Source: a virus
IMG/VR virus record: IMGVR_UViG_3300032050_000061
Coordinates: 24,193 to 88,192 of that record
Reading direction: 5' to 3' (one strand)
Length of the DNA stretch: 64,000 nucleotides
A program made the position numbers and the translations under genes. Below the pieces are notes generated by a model, which was not told where the DNA came from, made no database searches, and saw only the letters and a program-made list of their open reading frames with translations. The first letter of the stretch is position 1, and every line of letters starts with the position of its first letter. Positions 20,244 to 30,304 of the stretch are shown here, one piece after another.

Positions 20244-21013
20244 TACTTTTCTTGCAAAGGTTTCAATTCGATTGGCTCTCTTTTCATATGTGAACCCTGA
20301 TTGAAGTATGCTCCTTTTTTTAAGTAACCACCTAAAAAGTTTCTTCTGAATCTCTTTGAGTCATTCGCTTCTGAACCATGCACACAATGAGAATGTAATA
20401 ATACAACTTGTCCCTTTTTAAGAACTCCTTCTACTTTACGAAAATCATGTCCCTCCGGCATTACACACGGTTTACCTCTTTCGTTTCTCCAAAATGATGG
20501 GTTAGTTTTTGTTCTCTCCTCATCAACTTCAATTGGTAAGGTTGGTAATCTATGAGAACCTTCGTAATTCCATACTGCCCCATTCCCCGCGTCATGATTA
20601 TCTAAAGCCAATGCAGTATTGATAATTTCGTTGTGTCCACATCCTGTATAGAATGCATTTTGGTGCATATCTCTACCCAATTGTCCCGGTGGTTTAAAGT
20701 ATGCCCAAGTTTGCATACCAACTATCTCACCTTCCATTAAGAATTCACACGCCTCGATAATCTTTGGATGAACAAATAATTTTTCTAATTTTTCAGAAAT
20801 CTTATGTGGATATGCAAATGGATCCCACTCACCCCAATCTTTTCCTTCTGGTGTTAGTGTTCCTTTTCTTTCCTGTCTTAATCTTTCTAATTCATCGTTG
20901 ATTTCATCACACTCTTCTTCAGTTAATAAATCTAAAGTGGTGAAACCTCTATACCTCCAATCGAAGGTCATTTGTTGGATTTCTAAATCCGATAGATGTT
21001 TAAAATTTGCCAT
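20231..21013 (-). CDS. PhyH-family Fe(II)/2-oxoglutarate dioxygenase
   Basis: KPP...HQN, NGAVWNYEGSH and HGSEANDSKRFRR; the HxD acid is replaced by Asn. Confidence 0.85.
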   Translation of the reverse strand: MANFKHLSDLEIQQMTFDWRYRGFTTLDLLTEEECDEINDELERLRQERKGTLTPEGKDWGEWDPFAYPHKISEKLEKLFVHPKIIEACEFLMEGEIVGMQTWAYFKPPGQLGRDMHQNAFYTGCGHNEIINTALALDNHDAGNGAVWNYEGSHRLPTLPIEVDEERTKTNPSFWRNERGKPCVMPEGHDFRKVEGVLKKGQVVLLHSHCVHGSEANDSKRFRRNFLGGYLKKGAYFNQGSHMKREPIELKPLQEKYWNS

Positions 21014-21036
21014 ATAACTTTGTTGTTTATTTATAA

Positions 21037-21417
21037 CTATACTAATCTATGAAATTGTTTTGTATTTACCAAATATAAATTCAATTCTGGTATTATTTTT
21101 TCTCCTTCTATAATTGATAATGAATTTACAGTATGAACCGATGGGATATATTCACCATTTTCAGTATATGTATCTTCTAAATCACCGGTAATTTTCCAAT
21201 TTATTTTTACACCAACATAATAAGGAGTATCTGAATAATCAGCATATGTATCCTCACTTATTTCAAATATAGGTGCACCGGGTGTAGCTCTCATTTGAGT
21301 AAAATACCTTCTAATAAAACCTATTTCATAATCTCTATTATTTGGATTAGGGAAATATGCTTTAGGTGTTCTATTCTTAATAGGTATTGTTTTTAATTTT
21401 TTATAATTATCAATCAT
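21037..21417 (-). CDS. Hypothetical protein at the end of the baseplate operon
   Basis: 126-aa ORF tightly coupled to the upstream structural gene. Confidence 0.7.
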   Translation of the reverse strand: MIDNYKKLKTIPIKNRTPKAYFPNPNNRDYEIGFIRRYFTQMRATPGAPIFEISEDTYADYSDTPYYVGVKINWKITGDLEDTYTENGEYIPSVHTVNSLSIIEGEKIIPELNLYLVNTKQFHRLV

Positions 21418-21420
21418 AAT

Positions 21421-23520
21421 TTACTTATAAAAAGGTCTAAAATGACTCTTAACATCCGTAACCCATTGCTTACCATCAATTTTGTGGGTTATTTCTTCTA
21501 CCTGAAATGCTCCTCTTCCAATACCATATTGTGGAGGTAACCCCTTTACACTAAATAGATGACCGACTTGGAAACCACTCATACCTAATACACTAAAATC
21601 AAATCCTACTGGTAAAGTTCTTCCATTATAAACTTCACCCCCTCCGGTATATCCCAAATCTGCTTTTCTTATGTCGTTAAATTTTCTTTTATTTAAGAAA
21701 CTACCACATATCGCCCATTCATCCATATTACCATCTTCTATATCTGCAACTGAAATTATTTTGGGGTTTACTAATAATTTTATATTTCTTCGGAATTCAA
21801 TCCATTTTTGTTTAGGGTCTTCTTCCTCCGGAGTTTTTACGGTAGAATCATATGCTTCTTTATTCAATTTTCCTAATACAACATCTTTTTTAGATGAAAA
21901 TATTCCAGTCAATTCATTGGTTGATTGAACGTTATCAACTGATTTTTCCATATACACTTTACTAGCCATTTCTTTCGGAATGTCTAAATTAAAACTCGCA
22001 TTTAAAAAGAAACTATTTGTCCCAAACATATCAAATACTTCAACATTTGATCCACCATTTCCACTTCTTACATTTCTTAAATTTGCATCAGCAATTCTTA
22101 ATTTTGTTGTACCTGAATTATCTTCTAGTATTTGAAACGACCAAAGCCCTTCTACTGCTTCTTCCATTTTTTTTAAAACACCATCTAAAACTTCTTTTAT
22201 TGGAGTGGTTTGATCCTTTAATGCCTCCATTGCCATTTCATTTTCGATATAAACATCCCCAATCCAACCATGTTTACCGGCTGGCAAAGTTACCGATTGA
22301 CCTTCGAATGTCACCGTAGTAGCACCGGTCTTTGGAAATGATCTACCATTTACTGATGTATCCAATGCAGTTCCGGATGGAGCACCGGATGGATTTAATA
22401 AAATAATATCGTCCAAATAATTGTAACAAGTCGAATTAGGAATAAAAATTCTTTCATCGGTAGAAAAAATTCTAGAAAATCCACCAATATAAGTGTTTGA
22501 AATGTCTATTGAGAAATCAACATTAGCCGAACTTAACTTAATTCTAGCTGCATTCATCAATTTAATAAATGCATCAAAACTCATAAATTTACCCCCATTG
22601 ATTGGATTATCAGCATCAGCTGCTTCAAAAGATTTTCCCTTAAATGTCAAATTACCACTAAACCATCCTTCACTAGTTTCCTCCTTTGCTTCAGTAACTA
22701 AACTTTCATTATAATTTATAAAATCAGAATCATACTTAAATGTATCTTCTATTTTAAGAGTATTATTATTTCTTAATTCATCAGGTAATTGATCGTAACA
22801 ATACACCCAATTTAATTTTCTATTTCTACTTTGTTCTAATGATGCTTTACCATCCGGATGGCTTAATGGTTTTATAGGTTCGGCAGTTGTTGTCGGTGTT
22901 ACAGTTTCTCCACTTTTTCCCATTAAAATTTCTCCTAACGAAACCATCTTTACATCAACATCAAATTCTAATCCAGATATAGTTGATTCTCCTCCACCGA
23001 TTATTCCAACGAAATTATCATAACAACCTTGATTGGCCGCTCTTATACTATTTAATTCAGCTGCATTTCTATTGTATTTTTGAACAGTACCCGCACTTAC
23101 ATCAGTTGGCCCAATTGCTTTATTTGTTCTAACTGAATAATTCCAACCCCATTGAACATACACACTTATACCGGGTTCTAAAAAATTTTGTTGAATCAAT
23201 CTTAATTGCTCCGGTGTAAAACATTTTATTTTTAATGTGCATCTCCTCAACGTTCCCCTACTAGCAAAATCCACAGAGAAATCCGTTATGATGGGATTAG
23301 GTCTATATCTCCATTCAGAAGTATTACGATAAGCATCAGTTGAACTACCATCAAATAAAGTTGAATACGAATCAGTTCCTATTGAATACCTTCCTTCTAA
23401 ACTTGTTGTTGCTTTAATCCAAGGCACTAATTTTGATAGCTGAACATTATTTTCTGATGATCTAGCCCTTAACTCACTTACTATATATGAATCTATACTT
23501 TTATAAAAAGGAAACGCCAT
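21421..23520 (-). CDS. Putative baseplate hub protein
   Basis: FLEPGISVYVQWGW near the N-terminus; FQVEEITHKIDGKQWVT at the C-terminus (gp27/gp44 hub-like ending); follows the tape measure and LysM genes. Confidence 0.6.
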   Translation of the reverse strand: MAFPFYKSIDSYIVSELRARSSENNVQLSKLVPWIKATTSLEGRYSIGTDSYSTLFDGSSTDAYRNTSEWRYRPNPIITDFSVDFASRGTLRRCTLKIKCFTPEQLRLIQQNFLEPGISVYVQWGWNYSVRTNKAIGPTDVSAGTVQKYNRNAAELNSIRAANQGCYDNFVGIIGGGESTISGLEFDVDVKMVSLGEILMGKSGETVTPTTTAEPIKPLSHPDGKASLEQSRNRKLNWVYCYDQLPDELRNNNTLKIEDTFKYDSDFINYNESLVTEAKEETSEGWFSGNLTFKGKSFEAADADNPINGGKFMSFDAFIKLMNAARIKLSSANVDFSIDISNTYIGGFSRIFSTDERIFIPNSTCYNYLDDIILLNPSGAPSGTALDTSVNGRSFPKTGATTVTFEGQSVTLPAGKHGWIGDVYIENEMAMEALKDQTTPIKEVLDGVLKKMEEAVEGLWSFQILEDNSGTTKLRIADANLRNVRSGNGGSNVEVFDMFGTNSFFLNASFNLDIPKEMASKVYMEKSVDNVQSTNELTGIFSSKKDVVLGKLNKEAYDSTVKTPEEEDPKQKWIEFRRNIKLLVNPKIISVADIEDGNMDEWAICGSFLNKRKFNDIRKADLGYTGGGEVYNGRTLPVGFDFSVLGMSGFQVGHLFSVKGLPPQYGIGRGAFQVEEITHKIDGKQWVTDVKSHFRPFYK

Positions 23521-23798
23521 TAGTATTGATTTATTATATCAAATTTATTTTTCGGAATTCTTAATTGCAATCCTGCTTCTAACCCAATATTTACACCATT
23601 CAAATTATTAGCGGTAGCGATAATCCACCATAAGGAACTATCTTTATAAAATTCATTTGCTAATAAATCTAATCTATCAGTTTCTTGTGTAATAATGTAT
23701 ATATCATCATCCTTTTTGGGAATAGTTTTGGGTATAGATGTCTTTAACACCTTTTTACCATCATCCAATCTCTTTATATTTTTTAAGTTATATCTCAT
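23520..23798 (-). CDS. LysM-like baseplate wedge protein (gp53/tail X-like)
   Basis: DRLDLLANEFYKDSSLWWIIATAN...GLQLRIP. Confidence 0.85.
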   Translation of the reverse strand: MRYNLKNIKRLDDGKKVLKTSIPKTIPKKDDDIYIITQETDRLDLLANEFYKDSSLWWIIATANNLNGVNIGLEAGLQLRIPKNKFDIINQY

Positions 23799-25804
23799 TA
23801 CATTACTTTTTTACCGTATCCATAAAGATTGAAATCAGTAGTAGCTTTTGTTTCTATGAATGTAAGTGTTGTGGTTATACTTATAATTTTAGGTAATTTA
23901 TAGTTATCCATATTATAATTACCATTACTTACCTGATTTCGTTGTATTTCAGTATTTACAATATTTGAACGTTTTAAATTTTTATCATATATCTCATTTC
24001 CCTCAATTCGAGTCGCCCTAGCTGGATACACTCCAGATGCATCAGATTGAACATCTAATCCAAGTTCACTAACCTTTGCACCTTTACCATTTTCTTTTGA
24101 ATTTTCTTCACCATTTAAAGCACCACCGTAAAATTTCTTGCCAAATTCAGTATTATATGTTCCGGCTTTTGTCTTTAATAATCCACCACCTAATTCCCAA
24201 AGATTTTCTGCATCTTCTATTGAATATGATAAACTATCAACAAAACAGGCTTTTTTGTTGTAAATATTTCCATATGTAAAATATAATAAAGTAGGTTCTA
24301 CTATACCTGCATTGTATTGATATGGATATGTGCAATGAGCTAAAAATTCCAATCTTCTCCACATCATTACTAATTCAGCCTGAGACATTGAATAGGCCTT
24401 TAAGTTAAAACTTACCTTTCTTTCTATTCCGCTATAATTGTAAAAACTAAATGGTGAACCTAACATTTTTGTATTTTCCCAACTCGGAGAAAATTGTTCG
24501 TTAAATCCTGTCATTGTGGCTCTGAAAAAGACAGATGCACCATCATTTACTCTTTGAAATTTTAATGGTATTAAATCAACTTCATCTAATGTTCTACCAT
24601 TATATTTTATTGTCTTTAATTCAGATTCAGCTAATCTTCCAGTTTGATTTAAAATATCTCTATCTGAAAATAAACCTCTTCTGTTATCTAATTTATTATC
24701 ATATACTTTTTCAGTATTATTATGATATGATCTTTTAGTAGTATCAGTCGAGTACCTATCTTTTTTCCAATTATTTTTTAGTAAATAATTAGGTTTAATA
24801 AATCGTAGAATCTCATTTTCTTGAAACTTTTTCTTTTTTGCTTCATCGTTTAATTCACTAGCTTTTCTACCAAATGAATAACCCCTATCCGGTGTATTAA
24901 ACTTATCAATTAAATCTTTTTGTGAAGGCTCTCCTCTTTTTTGGTGAGATGTATTTTGAGATAATTGGAATCCATATACGATTTCTCTATTTGCAAATCT
25001 TCGCGGTGTTCCAAATAGACCCCCATCTACACTTCTATCTAATCCAAAAACAGGTGAAACTTTTGATATATCGAATGATTGTAAAGAACCTCCTAATGTT
25101 AAATCCTTCATCGAATCAGAATATGTTCCTCCGTTCTCATCTTCGAAGTATTTTTGATTAAAATTATCTAAACTTCCAGATGTTACGGGAATAACTCTAC
25201 TACCCAATAATGCACTTCTTATCGCACTCTTTGCTAAATTAATTCCTTTTCCGAATGATTGTTTAGCCAATTGATTCGGAGTTCCCGCACCAGTATCTTT
25301 CAAAAATCTACCTAATTGTGACCCTCTGGCATCTTTTCTGATTTCTGCTAAATCAATCATTTTATTAGGAGTTCTTCCTTCCTTAAATTCTTTTGTATTA
25401 ATTACATAAGTTGGAAAAACATTCTGAGGAGTTCCTAATGTTTTATTTACAAACCCAATTCCTTTTTCTATAAACTTTCCTATTTTACCTAAACTGATTT
25501 GTTGATTAGGATTTTTAGAAAGTTTCATTGCATCAACATCAGATGTTTTTTGAGTTGTAATTCTTATTATTTCAGTTCCGTACAATGTCGGTGAATTAAC
25601 TAACCTCATAGGTCTCAATCCACTCAATTCCTGCTCTAATGCAGTTTCTCTTAAAGGATCAAATCTCTTTTCAATAGAGTTTCCTAATTTGTTTTCTCTA
25701 TCAATAAGAAATTGACCTCTATCAGCAATATAAGAAGTTGCCTTATTTTGAGGTATTTGTTTATTCTCTTTAGAAGATTTAAATAATTCTAATATTGTAG
25801 GCAT
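23798..25804 (-). CDS. Putative baseplate / tail-tube initiator protein
   Basis: Between tape measure and LysM genes; FRATMTGFNEQFSPSW...YSGIERKVSF tube-like region. Confidence 0.55.
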   Translation of the reverse strand: MPTILELFKSSKENKQIPQNKATSYIADRGQFLIDRENKLGNSIEKRFDPLRETALEQELSGLRPMRLVNSPTLYGTEIIRITTQKTSDVDAMKLSKNPNQQISLGKIGKFIEKGIGFVNKTLGTPQNVFPTYVINTKEFKEGRTPNKMIDLAEIRKDARGSQLGRFLKDTGAGTPNQLAKQSFGKGINLAKSAIRSALLGSRVIPVTSGSLDNFNQKYFEDENGGTYSDSMKDLTLGGSLQSFDISKVSPVFGLDRSVDGGLFGTPRRFANREIVYGFQLSQNTSHQKRGEPSQKDLIDKFNTPDRGYSFGRKASELNDEAKKKKFQENEILRFIKPNYLLKNNWKKDRYSTDTTKRSYHNNTEKVYDNKLDNRRGLFSDRDILNQTGRLAESELKTIKYNGRTLDEVDLIPLKFQRVNDGASVFFRATMTGFNEQFSPSWENTKMLGSPFSFYNYSGIERKVSFNLKAYSMSQAELVMMWRRLEFLAHCTYPYQYNAGIVEPTLLYFTYGNIYNKKACFVDSLSYSIEDAENLWELGGGLLKTKAGTYNTEFGKKFYGGALNGEENSKENGKGAKVSELGLDVQSDASGVYPARATRIEGNEIYDKNLKRSNIVNTEIQRNQVSNGNYNMDNYKLPKIISITTTLTFIETKATTDFNLYGYGKKVM

Positions 25805-25809
25805 CTTAA

Positions 25810-28227
25810 TTAGGTTACTGGATTTTTACTTGCAACACTTGCAATTTTAGATGTAACTAATTGACCATCTATGTACACATTTCTATTTGCCATAAATGCT
25901 GCTTTTAATTCTCTTAATTCAGCAATAACTCCTTCCATAGAAGTCCCTCCACCTTGACTCACCGTATCTGCTAATGCACCTGGATTTTTTGTTGCTATTA
26001 AGAAATCATCCGGTGAAGTAGAAATTACATTACCACCTGGTGAAATAACACCATCTTGTACACTTTCAGCTTTTGTAGTAGCTCCTTCGGTTTGACTATT
26101 CATTGCAGCTGCTCCAGCCGCAATACCACCTATAATTGCAATTGCACCGATACCTAATGTTAATGCAGACATCGTACTAATTGCTGCGATGGCAGATGTT
26201 ATTAAACCTGCTGCAAATGTCCAAACTGCTGCAATACCAGCAAACAATGCTCCTAATAATCCAATAGCCAAACTAGATACGGTTGCAATTACAGTGGGTA
26301 AAATACTAATAACCCATATCGCTGCTAACGTACCAACTAATCCAACAATTGTAGCCATCACAGGCCCCATTTCTTGTAATTTTTTAACCATTCCTCCAAA
26401 ACCATCTTCTACCAATGCCTTTACGGTACCAACCAAATATCCTATCGGAGAAAAAACAGTTTTAATTAAAGAACCTATAAAATTTAATGTTGGAACTAAT
26501 ACACCTGCTAAGAATTTGGCCACTTGTGATAATCCTATTAAAAACATCGATGCCATTGGTGCAAACAAATCGGTAAATGCCGTTCCGATTGCACTCATAC
26601 TATTTTTGAGTGATCCCATAGCATCTTGCATCTTTTGTTGTTTAGCCAATCTTTCAGTTTGGGCTTCTAAATCTGCTTCACTTACATCTGCAATATCTTT
26701 ACCACTTGCAATTAAATCATTTGCCGCTGCCAATCTTGCATCATCTAAACTACCAAACTTATTATAAATTCTTTGAGTATTCATCAAAGTATCTAATTCT
26801 TGACCGGTAGCATCTACTAATGCCTGTTTCTCATATGTAGACATCTTACTGATATCTCCAACACTTGCCAATTCTTTTGTTAGTTCTTTTTGCATTCCTA
26901 ACAAATCTCCGGTAAATGCCAACTCTCTAGCTTTTGAAAAATCTAAGTTAGTTCCTAATAATGCAGATGCTTCTAATTCTTTTGATATACTTTCTTCAAA
27001 GTCTAAAAGTTTATTAGCGCTTGCGGTCATATCTTTAATAGAAGCACCCATTTTAGCTGCATAAACTGCTGCTTTTACTAATTCCTGTGGTGAACCTCTA
27101 AAATATTGATATGCTTCTCCGGCATTTTCTGCCATATCTTTGATTACCTGATCAGGAGAAACTCCAACCATATTGGACATTTCTACCGCTGTCATGGTTA
27201 ATGATGTAGCAGCTGCTTCAGAAAATCCTCCCATATTTTGGAAAACCTTATTTACTTCTGAAGCACTTTTTGCATTCACACCAAAGTTTTTACTCATTAC
27301 TGCTAATGCCGCAACAGTACTTTCTGCGGGTATTGACATCCCATCCATTGCAGTAGTAAAATCACTCATTATTTTACCAACATCTTCCGCACTAACACCT
27401 AATACTCCAAACTTATTACTAACATTTTTAATAGTGTATTCAAGTTCATGCAAATCGGCAGTAGCTAATCCTGTTGTAGTTTTAAAATCGGTTGCAGCTT
27501 TTTCCAAATCATGCATTCTATGCCATCCCAATCCAATTGCGGCACCAATGCCAATAATACCGATTGCAATAGGCCCTAACATTCCGGCAAATCTCATTGC
27601 CAATTTTCCAGCATCTCCTAATCCTGCTTTTATACCACCAAAAGTAGCCTGTGAGAAACTTTTTCCACTAACCAATGAAGATTCAAATGAACGTTTAAAA
27701 CTCATTTTAAATTTATCGGCAACTAATCCAAACATTCTTTGTGATTTTTCAGCGAATGGATGAAATGCATTTTTTAATTTTTCACCGATAAATGGTATAT
27801 CTCCTAATCCATGATCAATAGCATGAAATACATCATGAAATTTATCCTTTACACCATCTACAACACTATTTACTCTTCCTAATATTTTTGCCGCATCTTG
27901 CTGCTTTTGTAATATACCCTGTAAAGCAGTTAATTGTAATTGATAATTTTTTAATAACTTTTGATTTACACCAAAATTTTGAGAAGACATATTATTTGCA
28001 TTCTGTGTTAAAAGATTGATAGCTGCTTGCAAATCTTTCTCATTTTGTAAATCGCTAATTATATCTTTTGTAAGAGATATTTGTGTTGAAAGTTTTTTGT
28101 TTCTCTTATCGGTTTGAGAATCCAATTCTGACAGGGCATCGCTCATCTTTCCCAAAAGAGATTGAGTCATTCCAAGTAATTCATTATATTCTTGTTGTGA
28201 TTTATTTTGATGTCCGTGTTCTGCCAT
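25810..28227 (-). CDS. Tape measure protein
   Basis: 805 aa, Ala/Gly-rich, helical, with hydrophobic segments; downstream of tube and chaperone genes. Confidence 0.85.
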   Translation of the reverse strand: MAEHGHQNKSQQEYNELLGMTQSLLGKMSDALSELDSQTDKRNKKLSTQISLTKDIISDLQNEKDLQAAINLLTQNANNMSSQNFGVNQKLLKNYQLQLTALQGILQKQQDAAKILGRVNSVVDGVKDKFHDVFHAIDHGLGDIPFIGEKLKNAFHPFAEKSQRMFGLVADKFKMSFKRSFESSLVSGKSFSQATFGGIKAGLGDAGKLAMRFAGMLGPIAIGIIGIGAAIGLGWHRMHDLEKAATDFKTTTGLATADLHELEYTIKNVSNKFGVLGVSAEDVGKIMSDFTTAMDGMSIPAESTVAALAVMSKNFGVNAKSASEVNKVFQNMGGFSEAAATSLTMTAVEMSNMVGVSPDQVIKDMAENAGEAYQYFRGSPQELVKAAVYAAKMGASIKDMTASANKLLDFEESISKELEASALLGTNLDFSKARELAFTGDLLGMQKELTKELASVGDISKMSTYEKQALVDATGQELDTLMNTQRIYNKFGSLDDARLAAANDLIASGKDIADVSEADLEAQTERLAKQQKMQDAMGSLKNSMSAIGTAFTDLFAPMASMFLIGLSQVAKFLAGVLVPTLNFIGSLIKTVFSPIGYLVGTVKALVEDGFGGMVKKLQEMGPVMATIVGLVGTLAAIWVISILPTVIATVSSLAIGLLGALFAGIAAVWTFAAGLITSAIAAISTMSALTLGIGAIAIIGGIAAGAAAMNSQTEGATTKAESVQDGVISPGGNVISTSPDDFLIATKNPGALADTVSQGGGTSMEGVIAELRELKAAFMANRNVYIDGQLVTSKIASVASKNPVT

Positions 28228-28241
28228 TTATTATAAAATAA

Positions 28242-28508
28242 TTAATAGTCTAATCCTAAAAATTTTCTTACATCCGTTGGTATAGATTTTTTTACCAATT
28301 CTTTATCTCCTCCCGATATCTTTTCTATTCTATCTTTAACATCTTCTACACGCTTATCAGCATCTTCTACTGCTTTTTTTAATTCTTTATCATTTAATAA
28401 AGCACTTTTCACTCTATTTACAAAGAATTTAGCCAAAAAATTACTCTCGTTTAACCACTTACCATGAGTTTCTTTGAATAATTTCGCTTCCGTTTTTGTG
28501 ATTTTCAT
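28242..28508 (-). CDS. Hypothetical protein (start probably MKITKTE at 28508)
   Basis: ORF track; a late motif at 28530-28538 lies inside the longer call. Confidence 0.7.
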   Translation of the reverse strand: MKITKTEAKLFKETHGKWLNESNFLAKFFVNRVKSALLNDKELKKAVEDADKRVEDVKDRIEKISGGDKELVKKSIPTDVRKFLGLDY

Positions 28509-28543
28509 TTTAAAATAGTTTATCTCTTTTATAAATATCATAT

Positions 28544-28575
28544 AAAATAAAATGAGAGTTATCTATTAACTCTCA
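28544..28575 (-). terminator. Intrinsic terminator overlapping the stop codon of the gp51-like ORF
   Basis: TGAGAGTT-N7-AACTCTCA hairpin followed by TTTTATTTT on the minus strand. Confidence 0.6.
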
Positions 28576-28795
28576 CTTTAGATGGGGTTTTTGGCATTGA
28601 TGATTTTTTTACAGCTTTATTATTAGCCTCATTTTCTTTCTTTTTAGCATCTACCAATTTGTTGTAATAAAAATTTCTCAAATGTATTGGCATATTGTAG
28701 ATTTCAGATTGAGTGAATCCACCATTACCATAATAACATATATCAAAAATTTGAGAATGTAATATTACTGAATAATTAGATGGAAGGGTAAAAAA
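28559..28795 (-). CDS. gp51-like / tail chaperone 'T' ORF with no start codon, probably reached by frameshift
   Basis: Not in the ORF track. Open frame FFTLPSNYSVILHSQIFDICYYGNGGFTQSEIYNMPIHLRNFYYNKLVDAKKKENE...VNR*; the first ATG is mid-domain. Confidence 0.75.
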   Translation of the reverse strand, partial: FFTLPSNYSVILHSQIFDICYYGNGGFTQSEIYNMPIHLRNFYYNKLVDAKKKENEANNKAVKKSSMPKTPSKVRVNR

Positions 28796-29537
28796 ACCCT
28801 ACGCCCATAGGAATCGGGCGTACCTCCTTTTCTCCACTCTCGGGGTCTTCATATTCATATTCCATTACTATATCTGGCTGAAAGGTTTTTATAAACTCTC
28901 TCAAAGCTCTAGTATCTCTTGTTACGAATTTATTATTAATAAAATCTATAATACTCTTTGTATCAGTTTTTCCATCAACTTCAACTATGATGAATCTATA
29001 TCTAGTTGTTAATTCGGCACTTACTCCACTTTTATTCAACTTAGAAAGTGCTTTAATTTCCTCATCGATTTTTTGCTCATCACCATGTGATAACAACTTT
29101 ATCACTAAATTATAGCCCGATGGGGTTTTGAAATTATATCTATTATCTCTTCTTAATATTGATGTATCTATTTCCTTTGTTTGTACTTTTGATAAATCAA
29201 TTTTTACCGTTTCCTTTTCGTCTCTACTATTTAAAATCTCAACTTCATATGAAGGACCATATGCTAAGATTCTTGTTGCTAGCATAATAGCGTTTTTATC
29301 ACCAACTATGATATCAGCTGGATTAATATCCTTATCAACGATAATTGATTCGAATAATTTATCTAAAACTATTCCTTTTTTAATTAAATTTTGTGATGCT
29401 AAAATTTCTTCTTCTTTAGCAGTCATATACTTAATTTCAACCGTTCCTTTTGATAGAGGATTAGATTCGGGATAAACTTTACCTTCTGATGGTAATGATA
29501 TAACCTCCGTTGGAAAATCGTATTTTTGTTCTTGCAT
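28776..29537 (-). CDS. gp26-like baseplate hub / tail assembly chaperone
   Basis: LPSEGKVY...KYMTAKEEEIL, GDKNAIMLATRILAYG and C-terminal GFFYP; between tube and tape measure genes. Confidence 0.8.
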   Translation of the reverse strand: MQEQKYDFPTEVISLPSEGKVYPESNPLSKGTVEIKYMTAKEEEILASQNLIKKGIVLDKLFESIIVDKDINPADIIVGDKNAIMLATRILAYGPSYEVEILNSRDEKETVKIDLSKVQTKEIDTSILRRDNRYNFKTPSGYNLVIKLLSHGDEQKIDEEIKALSKLNKSGVSAELTTRYRFIIVEVDGKTDTKSIIDFINNKFVTRDTRALREFIKTFQPDIVMEYEYEDPESGEKEVRPIPMGVGFFYPSI

Positions 29538-29580
29538 AATAAAACTATATTTTGTATATAGATATATATAACGTTTTTTA

Positions 29581-29617
29581 AAAATAAAAAATAGTAGAGA
29601 TTACTCTCTACTATTTT
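29581..29617 (-). terminator. Intrinsic terminator closing the small-gene island
   Basis: Perfect inverted repeat AAAATAGTAGAGA-TTAC-TCTCTACTATTTT with a U-tract on the minus strand. Confidence 0.8.
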
Positions 29618-29642
29618 ACACATTTACTATTTTAATTCTACC

Positions 29643-29909
29643 TTATGCCGCTTCAATTAAGGAAATCGGAACGATAAACACACCCCCACTCTTTACACTT
29701 AAAGTGGCTTTGGTTCGGTTAATCTTATTAATAGATAACTCCTTACCAGCCAACTTAGGGTGATTTACCCTAACATTCATACCAACTCTCAACCCCACTT
29801 TTTTCTCTAATGAAGCAATGGTTCGTTTTTGTTTAATTAAATCCACTACTAACGAATTAATACTACGCAATTCTTCAATTGATAATTTTGATAATTCTGA
29901 ATAGTTCAT
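29643..29909 (-). CDS. Small hypothetical protein, possibly SH3/KOW-like C-terminus
   Basis: LRVGMNVRV...INKINRTKATL pattern. Confidence 0.7.
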   Translation of the reverse strand: MNYSELSKLSIEELRSINSLVVDLIKQKRTIASLEKKVGLRVGMNVRVNHPKLAGKELSINKINRTKATLSVKSGGVFIVPISLIEAA

Positions 29910-29938
29910 ATCTTTTATATTTTAAGTTTTAAATTTTA

Positions 29939-30229
29939 TTACAAATACATATTAGCTTCAGCAGCCCAATTCTCATTTACCAAATACCAATAAGCATTGT
30001 TTAAGTAAATAATAACATAACCACTATCATTCTCATCTAAACTAATGATTCCTTTTTTAACCAACGAACCCAACGCACCTCTAACACTTTTGGTTGAGAT
30101 TCCTATATCCTCACTTATATCTTTCGCATCTACATCGGAAAAACCCGGTTCAGCGTACAACATTGAAACATAAGATTCCATTACTTTAAGTTCCAATTCG
30201 GTTAATTCTACATCAATCATATTTTTCAT
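29939..30229 (-). CDS. Small winged-helix protein
   Basis: DISEDIGISTKSVRGALGSLVKKGII HTH pattern. Confidence 0.7.
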   Translation of the reverse strand: MKNMIDVELTELELKVMESYVSMLYAEPGFSDVDAKDISEDIGISTKSVRGALGSLVKKGIISLDENDSGYVIIYLNNAYWYLVNENWAAEANMYL

Positions 30230-30253
30230 AACTTATCTCTTTTGATTACATAA

Positions 30254-30291
30254 TAAAGGTAGTAAATATATTTGGATTTTCCAAGCATTTT
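30254..30291 (-). promoter_or_regulatory. Duplicated promoter, copy 1
   Basis: TTGG-N19-TACCTTTA; 29 bp (30263-30291) identical to 30636-30664. Confidence 0.75.
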
Positions 30292-30304
30292 CTCATATTT
30301 ATTT

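Noticed and set aside
29423-29623. 66-aa minus-strand ORF overlapping the gp26-like start
   Set aside because: It spans a terminator and AT-rich intergenic DNA and overlaps a real gene out of frame
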